Source of the DNA: a virus
Taxonomy: Duplodnaviria > Heunggongvirae > Uroviricota > Caudoviricetes
Virus record (IMG/VR): IMGVR_UViG_2690316345_000004
Direction: 5' to 3' (one strand)
DNA: 6,867 bases
Shown: piece by piece, positions 1-6,033 of the stretch
Numbering within the stretch: position 1 is the first letter of the stretch
Layout: every line of letters begins with the position of its first letter
Translations under genes and position numbers: made by a program
Notes under the pieces: generated by a model
Seen by the model: the letters and a program-made list of their open reading frames with translations, nothing else
Told to the model about the DNA's origin: nothing
The model's database searches: none

Positions 1-57
1 CCTGGCACGGCTGGGACGGAAGTCGCTGTCGTTCTCAAAATCGGTGGAGCTGCATGA
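1..57 (+). CDS. 3' end of an upstream gene (partial, product unknown, probably a tail protein)
   Basis: Frame 1 is open from position 1 to TGA at 55-57 and 12 of 18 codons start with G (typical coding periodicity). Frames 2 and 3 also terminate within the first 100 nt (98-100, 78-80), so the frame assignment is tentative. Confidence 0.3.
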
Positions 58-303
58 CAAAGTCATCGGGCATTATCTGAACATAAAACACTATCAATAA
101 GTTGGAGTCATTACCGGCTTACAGATGGGTACTTTGACTTAGACTATAACGGATTTACCTATCTCGCTAGCGGTGACTTTCTTGATATTTCTTCCAACTC
201 CGAAGAAAAAGAAATCAACAACAACGGGATCACTGTTAACGTTTCGAACGTTCGAGAAGAATACATTACTCTCATTCGAAATAAGCAATTCGATAAATCA
301 GAT

Positions 304-597
304 GTGAAAATCGAAATGGTATTCCTTAACCCTAACACGGGCAAGGTTGAAACCACTTACCCTGTTTTCCGTGGTGTAGTCGATAACATCAATATTTCTA
401 TTGACTACAAGGATAAAGAATGTACCAACGAATCAGAGTTCCAGCTTAATAGTATCTGGGAAGTTCTCGATAAAAACGCTCGTAGTCATGCTTCTGATGG
501 TATTCACCGCTCATACCCAGGAAACGAGGACGATCTATTCTTCTCAAGGGCGGGTAAGTGGCAATCAGAAAGCCGCTGGCATTCTTCTAAGAAATAA
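304..597 (+). CDS. putative phage tail-tip/assembly protein, family unresolved; start uncertain
   Basis: Frame 1 ORF ending TAA 595-597. The first canonical start is GTG 304 (ATG 316 is the alternative), and neither has a good Shine-Dalgarno. The frame is actually open from 58 with protein-like sequence (DGYFDLDYNGFTYLASGDF...), so the true N-terminus probably lies upstream. Position immediately before the tail-fiber gene suggests a tail-tip protein. Confidence 0.5.
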   Translation: MKIEMVFLNPNTGKVETTYPVFRGVVDNINISIDYKDKECTNESEFQLNSIWEVLDKNARSHASDGIHRSYPGNEDDLFFSRAGKWQSESRWHSSKK

Positions 598-643
598 TCC
601 CTTCTCCCTAAGCCTAGTAAATAACAGCATGGAGGTATTCAAC

Positions 644-1072
644 ATGCTAAAAACTAGGCTTATCACTGATTACATCAATTCATTAGTAGGTCAGGAGTTC
701 GTTCAAGGCGAGAATGATTGCAATTTAATTGCATGTAAGATCATCGATATTCTCGCTGGCACTGACCTATATAATTCTCTTTATAAAAAATATTCAACGA
801 AAGAAGAAGGCTTGAAAGTCTGTAAAGAACTTAGTGGATATACCAATATCCTCCAGCCTATCAAAGAACATTTTAAATTAGTTACTGATGATTTACAGGA
901 CGGCGACCTATTGATCCGCGATCACAAATTAGGAAACCGTAAGTATTACTCCGTGACTCCTTATTATTCCGGCTATGGACTCGTTACCGAAGATGGAATC
1001 TGGACGACCAAGCCGATTTACGAAATTGATTATAACGATGCTTATCGCTTTGGGGGTGATTTATGGGCGTAG
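644..1072 (+). CDS. putative tail assembly protein with NlpC/P60-like Cys...His arrangement (lambda gpK-like C-terminal domain)
   Basis: ATG 644 is preceded by GGAGGT (631-636) at 7-nt spacing. The ORF-track start at TTG 401 would overlap the previous gene by about 200 nt and is rejected. The product has a Cys in a GENDCNLIAC context and a downstream GDLLIRDH segment, reminiscent of NlpC/P60 catalytic Cys/His motifs. Stop TAG 1070-1072 overlaps the next start (ATGGGCGTAG). Confidence 0.6.
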   Translation: MLKTRLITDYINSLVGQEFVQGENDCNLIACKIIDILAGTDLYNSLYKKYSTKEEGLKVCKELSGYTNILQPIKEHFKLVTDDLQDGDLLIRDHKLGNRKYYSVTPYYSGYGLVTEDGIWTTKPIYEIDYNDAYRFGGDLWA

Positions 1073-4000
1073 AAGTATTGGTCGGCGCGGTTATTGCTGG
1101 TGCGTCGGCTGGGATGGCTGCTGCTTCCGTGGCGGCAATTTCAACATTAGCGGCTGTTGCTATCGGTATTGGTGCTGGTGCATTGTCTTTGATTGCTTCC
1201 ACTGTAGGCGCACCGAAAACACCGAAGGTACAAAGCCCAGATAACGCGGTGACATTAGGAACATCAAACGATCCGAAAGCGGTGATACCAGTTATTTTCG
1301 GTGTTACTCGCACTGGTACAAACTGTGTTTACAAAGCAATTTCTAAGAAAGAAAACAATAAGTTAGTGCAAGTATTTTCTGTAGCCGAGGGTGAAATCGA
1401 CCATTACAAAGCACTCTTTATTGATAATAAAAATGTTCTTGTTGGTAAGAACATGACGATCCGTGATGGTATTCTCGATAAGGGCAACATTAAAGAAGAA
1501 TACCGTAAAGTGTTAGAAGTCGAGTTCCGCACGGGTAAGAATCCTAACACCGCATTGTCACTGGCAAAAACTCATTTAGGCTCAGACTGGACCGATGCTT
1601 ACAAGGGTAACGGCATTGCAACCATGTGTATTGTGTTACGTCGTGATGACAAATCTCTTGCTGCTGGTGTTGATATTCTCCAGCCAAATAGCCAGGTAGC
1701 AGTAGACGTTTGCGGCCTTAAAATCCGTAACCTTGAAACCAATGCTATTGAGGCTAGCACCAACGGCGTGGACCAGATTTTCCACTACCTAACAAATGAA
1801 AAATATGGTCTTAGTGTACCAATTGAAAACATCAACGTTGATTCATTCCTGAAAGTACGTTCTCAAGTTCGCCAGATGAATTTGCACTCTAACGGTGCAT
1901 GTGATCCGAACGCCAGCTTTAAAGAGAACTTGACCGGATTGATGCAGACTTTCGGCGGGGTGATGTTTGAATCCTTTGGACGTATTACTCTGAAACTGGA
2001 TGCTCCTGATATTGTTAAGCATACCTTCAATGAAGACAATATCATGATGGGTAAAGTTAACCTGAAAACAGGTGGCACTAACGGTTATTTCAATACCATT
2101 AACGCAATCTATCAGGAACCATCAATCGACTATTCAGAGCAAATGCTACGTTATCCGGCTGATGCTGAAAATGATGCTACTATCCGTCAAGATGGGCGCA
2201 TTATTGCTAAAGACGTAGAATATCGCTTTGTTAAAGATGAAAACCAGATTGACAAATTAGCGAGCATTGAACGAAATAAATCTCGTATTACTCAGGTTAT
2301 CAACTTCACTACTACCGATGCATTCAGCGCGGAAGTCTGGGACGTTATCAGCGTTACCCACGATGAATTGAAACTGAATAATTCACTTTGGCGTATTATC
2401 TCTATTGAGCGTAGCATTGATTCTGGTATTGCTGGTATTTTGTCTATCACCGCCACAGAATATAATTCTCAGATTTACACAGATCTGGATTATGCGGCTA
2501 AACCGGACAATAGACCAAGTGGTTTACCGGATTCAATGACAGTACAGAAGCCTACTAATTTCAGAATTAAGGCAACTGGCGAGACGATTTACGGTAAAAA
2601 TGTTACTTTGACATGGGATGCACCGGAAGATTTTAACCGCTACGGCTTCCAGATTGATTACCGTGTAAGCGGATCACCTAACTGGATTAAGCTCGGTCAG
2701 ACTTCACAGCAAATTTTCAATGTCAATGCACTGGCTAAAGATCGCTCCTACGATTACCGAGTTTGTGCTTTCGGTATCATCGCGCGATCCGATTGGGTAG
2801 AACTGATTAACCAGAATCCGACTGTTACCTATGAATTGCCGACTCCGGTTATTCGAATCAAAAATCAGGGTAGCACGCCAGGAACTTTCGAAGGTAATGA
2901 TCTGATTATCGAATGGGATAACCAGCAAGGCTTAGATGTTGAGATCAACGGTGAAACTAACAAGTTTAGTGACCTGTTTGAAGCATACATTATCAAGGTG
3001 ACTAACAAGGCTGGTAAGTCTATTCAGTACCGTACCCGCGATCCTGAATCATGGACTTATACGCTTGATATGAACCAGTTTAACGGCCTTTCGCGTCAAC
3101 TGACGGTAGAAGTATCAGCTAAGGGATATAACAACTCAGAGAGCGCCCCAGCGCGTTTAGTGGCTATCAACCCACAACATAAGCCAATGAAAGGTTTTAG
3201 TGCGCGTGGTGGCTTTAATACTGCGTTTGTTAGCTGGGCGGATGACGTAGAACATGACTATGCAGGGTCAATCATCCAGTATGCAACCGACAACACTTTC
3301 TCAGATGCAAGGGCAGTAAGCACGAATAGTGTTAGCCATACTTCCTTTGATATTGCTGACGGTGATTATTATATCCGTGGTGCTCACTACGATATTTTCG
3401 GTATGGATGATGCTGTTTGGTCTGAACCGTATTTCATGCAAATGAAATCTACCATTAGCTGGGACGATCAGGACAAAGAAGCACTGGAAGACCTGATTGG
3501 TTTACAAGATCGCTTAGATGAAACCATCGCTGATGCTATTGCTCAAGCTGGCGCTAATGCCGATGCTAAAATTGATGCAATGCATAAGCAAATCACTACC
3601 GAGACGGGTAAAACTGTTCAAGCCTCAGCCGATACCTTAAAGAGTCTGATTGCTTCTGGTGATAAGGCAAGTTCAACTAAGATTGATCAGGTTAAAGCTG
3701 AACTGAAAGGCGATATCACCAAAGAAGTTAGCGCATCTGCTACTACCCTGAAACAAGCAATTGCAACCAGTGAGGCAGCAAGCGCAAGTAAGATTGACCA
3801 AGTTCGGGTAGAAATGGATGGCAAGATTGCTGGTGTGAATCAGGAAGCAGATGTAAAAATCGATGCTTTGAAAGGAACCATTAACAGCAAATACAATCTG
3901 GCAGTTAATGCAGATGGTCGCGTGGCTGGCATTCACATGAGCGCAACCAACGATCCGGCACAACCGACTAAAATCATCTTTACGGCTGATAAAATTGCTG

Positions 4001-4815
4001 TAGCTCCGCAGAACGGGACCGATGTTTGCCCGTTTGGTATCGAAGGTAACAAGGTTTATCTCGATAATGCGATGATTCGTAATGCTGCAATTGGCACAGC
4101 CCAGATTAATGATGCGGCAATTACTACCGCTAAGATCGGAAATGCTGCAATTAACAGCGCGAAGATTCAGGACGGGGCGATCACCAATGCGAAGATCGTA
4201 AACGGCGCAATTGATAATGCTAAAATTGGTAACTATATCCAGTCTTCAAACTGGAACGGATCTACCGGATGGCATATCAACAAGAACGGGTCCGCTACGT
4301 TCATGAACGCTACCGTTAAAGGTAATATCACGGCTGATTCTGGTACTCTGAACAACGTCACGATTAACTCTAGCTGTGTTATTAAGGGTATGCTTGAAGC
4401 TACTCAGGTTAAGGGTGATTTCGTTAAGGTGATTGGTAAGAAATTCCCTCATCGTCAACAAAACTGGCCTGATGGCACTGTTACGGTAAGGGTGGAAGAT
4501 GATCATAAGTTTGATCGCCAAATTGTGATTCCAGCTATTCACCATAACGGGTCTGTTCGTCGTGGCGAAAGTAGTGATCATTGGGACACTTGCCGATTAA
4601 TCGTTAAGAAAAATGGCTCTGTTCTATATGATCGCACGGCTACTTCTGGCAGCATGTACACAGGCGTTATTGACATGCCAGCGGGTAAAGGTGCTGTAAC
4701 GTTAACATTCCAAGTTATTTGTGATGGTGTTAACAACTATAACCCAAGTGCATATATCAGCGATCTAACAGTAATGGTAACTAAAAAAGCCACTACTGGT
4801 ATTACTGTTTCTTAA
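1063..4815 (+). CDS. central tail fiber / host specificity protein, lambda gpJ-like, with a gpI-like N-terminal module
   Basis: 1250-codon ORF with ATG 1063 preceded by GGGGGTGA (1052-1059). The C-terminal ~160 aa (EDDHKFDRQIVIP, IDMPAGKGAVTLTF, DLTVMVTKKATTGITVS) closely resemble the recalled C-terminal receptor-binding region of lambda J (TDDHPFDRQIVV, VDMPAGRGNVILTF, DVQVMVIKKQALGISVV). The middle holds FN3-like beta-sandwich segments and an Ala/Lys/Asp-rich coiled-coil stretch. The first ~95 aa are a Gly/Ala-rich hydrophobic segment followed by APKTPKV...VIPVIFGVTRTG, resembling the C-terminal half of lambda gpI. Confidence 0.92.
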   Translation: MGVEVLVGAVIAGASAGMAAASVAAISTLAAVAIGIGAGALSLIASTVGAPKTPKVQSPDNAVTLGTSNDPKAVIPVIFGVTRTGTNCVYKAISKKENNKLVQVFSVAEGEIDHYKALFIDNKNVLVGKNMTIRDGILDKGNIKEEYRKVLEVEFRTGKNPNTALSLAKTHLGSDWTDAYKGNGIATMCIVLRRDDKSLAAGVDILQPNSQVAVDVCGLKIRNLETNAIEASTNGVDQIFHYLTNEKYGLSVPIENINVDSFLKVRSQVRQMNLHSNGACDPNASFKENLTGLMQTFGGVMFESFGRITLKLDAPDIVKHTFNEDNIMMGKVNLKTGGTNGYFNTINAIYQEPSIDYSEQMLRYPADAENDATIRQDGRIIAKDVEYRFVKDENQIDKLASIERNKSRITQVINFTTTDAFSAEVWDVISVTHDELKLNNSLWRIISIERSIDSGIAGILSITATEYNSQIYTDLDYAAKPDNRPSGLPDSMTVQKPTNFRIKATGETIYGKNVTLTWDAPEDFNRYGFQIDYRVSGSPNWIKLGQTSQQIFNVNALAKDRSYDYRVCAFGIIARSDWVELINQNPTVTYELPTPVIRIKNQGSTPGTFEGNDLIIEWDNQQGLDVEINGETNKFSDLFEAYIIKVTNKAGKSIQYRTRDPESWTYTLDMNQFNGLSRQLTVEVSAKGYNNSESAPARLVAINPQHKPMKGFSARGGFNTAFVSWADDVEHDYAGSIIQYATDNTFSDARAVSTNSVSHTSFDIADGDYYIRGAHYDIFGMDDAVWSEPYFMQMKSTISWDDQDKEALEDLIGLQDRLDETIADAIAQAGANADAKIDAMHKQITTETGKTVQASADTLKSLIASGDKASSTKIDQVKAELKGDITKEVSASATTLKQAIATSEAASASKIDQVRVEMDGKIAGVNQEADVKIDALKGTINSKYNLAVNADGRVAGIHMSATNDPAQPTKIIFTADKIAVAPQNGTDVCPFGIEGNKVYLDNAMIRNAAIGTAQINDAAITTAKIGNAAINSAKIQDGAITNAKIVNGAIDNAKIGNYIQSSNWNGSTGWHINKNGSATFMNATVKGNITADSGTLNNVTINSSCVIKGMLEATQVKGDFVKVIGKKFPHRQQNWPDGTVTVRVEDDHKFDRQIVIPAIHHNGSVRRGESSDHWDTCRLIVKKNGSVLYDRTATSGSMYTGVIDMPAGKGAVTLTFQVICDGVNNYNPSAYISDLTVMVTKKATTGITVS
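4078..4227 (+). repeat. five tandem 30-nt (10-codon) repeats inside the J-like CDS
   Basis: Directly visible: RNAAIGTAQI / NDAAITTAKI / GNAAINSAKI / QDGAITNAKI / VNGAIDNAKI, each encoded by a 30-nt unit (e.g. aatgctgcaatt...aagat[ct]) in head-to-tail register. Confidence 0.85.
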
Positions 4816-4833
4816 AATTTAATTTTAATAATT

Positions 4834-4875
4834 AATCCCGCTTAATTCTTTTGGGTTAGGCGGGATTATTTTTAT
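4834..4875 (+). terminator. putative rho-independent terminator after the tail-fiber gene
   Basis: Inverted repeat aatcccgctt (4834-4843) / aggcgggatt (4858-4867), a 10-bp stem with one G-U pair and a 14-nt loop, followed by ATTTTTAT (4868-4875). It lies 19 nt after the J stop. Confidence 0.55.
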
Positions 4876-4920
4876 CTAAATAATTCTGCCATTAAACTAT
4901 ATAAAAATATCGGGGGCGTA

Positions 4921-5199
4921 ATGACTGAAATTATATATGGCGGTATCGGTGTTATCGCCTTAATTTGTGGTGGATTATGGAGGCTTCACCGAAATCAATT
5001 AGCCACAGAAAATAGATTGTCGAAATTAGAATCCAGCGACGCATTGTTAAACCAGAAGTTTGAGACGATGCAGAATAACCATACTCAGATTGCTGAACGT
5101 GTTTACCAAATGGAACAAACACTACACGGTATAGAGAAGAAAGTGGTTGCGATGGACGCCAAATTTGACCAAGTTCTCGACATACTCAAACAAAAATAA
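4921..5199 (+). CDS. hypothetical membrane-anchored coiled-coil protein (92 aa)
   Basis: ATG 4921 preceded by GGGGG (4912-4916). One N-terminal hydrophobic segment (IIYGGIGVIALICGGLW), a basic flank (RLHRNQ), then a heptad-like helical region. Ends with three in-frame stops TAATAATAA (5197-5205). Confidence 0.7.
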   Translation: MTEIIYGGIGVIALICGGLWRLHRNQLATENRLSKLESSDALLNQKFETMQNNHTQIAERVYQMEQTLHGIEKKVVAMDAKFDQVLDILKQK

Positions 5200-5217
5200 T
5201 AATAAAGGGGTGAATAT

Positions 5218-5388
5218 ATGAAGAATAAACTTAAGAAATATTTTGGTTATCTCTTGATTGTCGCCCTCACTTATAACGTAGCAATTAGACCTCTGCTTAC
5301 GTCCTTTGGGCTTGAACTCCCGGCTATGACCGTGGATGAACAATTGCTCAGGACACTGGCGGGGGTCTTTTCGTTATTAGGGGGCTAA
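5218..5388 (+). CDS. hypothetical small hydrophobic protein (56 aa), absent from the supplied ORF track
   Basis: ATG 5218 preceded by AAAGGGG (5205-5211). Translation: MKNKLKKYFGYLLIVALTYNVAIRPLLTSFGLELPAMTVDEQLLRTLAGVFSLLGG. Lys-rich N-terminus followed by a hydrophobic stretch. Stop TAA 5386-5388 lies 1 nt before the next ATG (TAACATG), indicating translational coupling; it fills the gap between two well-supported genes. Confidence 0.5.
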   Translation: MKNKLKKYFGYLLIVALTYNVAIRPLLTSFGLELPAMTVDEQLLRTLAGVFSLLGG

Positions 5389-5389
5389 C

Positions 5390-5995
5390 ATGGCTAATCC
5401 AATAATCACATCCAATATTGATAAAGTAAAAAAAGATATCAAGAGTTGGAAACAGAAAGCTAGTAATAGCTTTCATAGGGATTTGGGTTTAGCGGTCATA
5501 GATGAGCGGGTAAAGTTGCAGAAGAAAGTCAATTCAAGGATAGATCGACCGACCAAGTTCACACAGAAAGCGGTCAATTCATACAACCGGATACGCTCAA
5601 GCGGTAAAACGTCTTACCATAGTGTTTTCATCATGAAGAATCAGGAAAAATACTTAAAATATTACTTTGAAGGTGGTAATAATATCGAGAAATTTGTTCC
5701 TGTAACTGATGACCGAACTAACCAGTTTGGTAACATTCCACAACTCAGAAACGGTAAGAAAATAGGGAAGTATGTAACCACAAAATCTAAGACTGGTAAA
5801 ATACTGCTTCTCGATCCATCCGTTAAAGCCGACATGAACAACAAGAAAAAGCTAGGGAAGCGACTTGTTGCAGTGTTGAAGAAAACAGACCGTAGTAACA
5901 TCATGGGTAGTTGGAAAGATAATGAGAAAACGATGAAGAAGAATATCCAGAAGAAGATGAAAAAGCACTTCATGGGTAAAATCAACTTCGTTTAA
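5390..5995 (+). CDS. hypothetical lysine-rich basic protein (201 aa)
   Basis: ATG 5390 preceded by AGGGGG (5378-5383). Very Lys-rich, especially at the C-terminus (KKNIQKKMKKHFMGKINFV), with no obvious hydrophobic segment. The antisense ORF 5662-5985 is a low-complexity mirror of the Lys codons and is rejected. Confidence 0.75.
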   Translation: MANPIITSNIDKVKKDIKSWKQKASNSFHRDLGLAVIDERVKLQKKVNSRIDRPTKFTQKAVNSYNRIRSSGKTSYHSVFIMKNQEKYLKYYFEGGNNIEKFVPVTDDRTNQFGNIPQLRNGKKIGKYVTTKSKTGKILLLDPSVKADMNNKKKLGKRLVAVLKKTDRSNIMGSWKDNEKTMKKNIQKKMKKHFMGKINFV

Positions 5996-6003
5996 TCCAT
6001 AAA

Positions 6004-6029
6004 TACCCTCATAGAATCTTATGGGGGTA
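6004..6029 (+). promoter_or_regulatory. hairpin sequestering the Shine-Dalgarno of the 6034 gene
   Basis: taccctcata (6004-6013) pairs with tatgggggta (6020-6029): a 10-bp stem with one G-U pair and a 6-nt loop. The GGGGG at 6023-6027 is the RBS for ATG 6034. No T-tract follows, so it is not a terminator. Confidence 0.35.
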
Positions 6030-6033
6030 TAAC

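Noticed and set aside
159-356. Minus-strand ORF of 65 aa
   Set aside because: Entirely antisense to the open + frame of the first tail ORF; no RBS and a low-complexity product.
401-643. TTG start at 401 for the 401-1072 ORF (223 aa in the track)
   Set aside because: It would overlap the preceding gene by about 200 nt in another frame. ATG 644 with a GGAGGT RBS at 7-nt spacing is far better supported.
975-1313. ORFs 975-1244 (+) and 984-1313 (-) rich in Cys/Trp or Ala/Pro
   Set aside because: Alternative-frame and antisense readings of the GC-rich Gly/Ala-codon region at the start of the J-like gene; typical shadow ORFs.
1863-4581. Minus-strand ORFs 1863-2078, 2704-2928, 3673-3963 and 4246-4581
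   Set aside because: All lie fully inside the strongly supported 1250-aa + strand fiber gene and lack start signals; treated as antisense artefacts.
4921-5199. Possibility that the 92-aa protein is a Cor/Llp-type lipoprotein or an Rz-like i-spanin with an embedded o-spanin
   Set aside because: No lipobox (the Cys is preceded by A-L-I, and the N-region is not basic). No Cys-containing lipoprotein ORF is embedded or adjacent. Positive-inside rule places the coiled coil in the cytoplasm.
5197-5205. Triple in-frame stop TAATAATAA
   Set aside because: Real, but tandem stops are common in A/T-rich phage genes; not by itself evidence of recoding.
5122-5343. Minus-strand ORF of 73 aa
   Set aside because: Overlaps two + strand genes that have strong RBSs and coupling; no supporting signals.
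5662-5985. Minus-strand ORF of 107 aa, Phe/Leu-rich and hydrophobic
   Set aside because: It is the reverse-complement image of the Lys (AAA/AAG) codons of the 201-aa gene; apparent hydrophobicity is a composition artefact.
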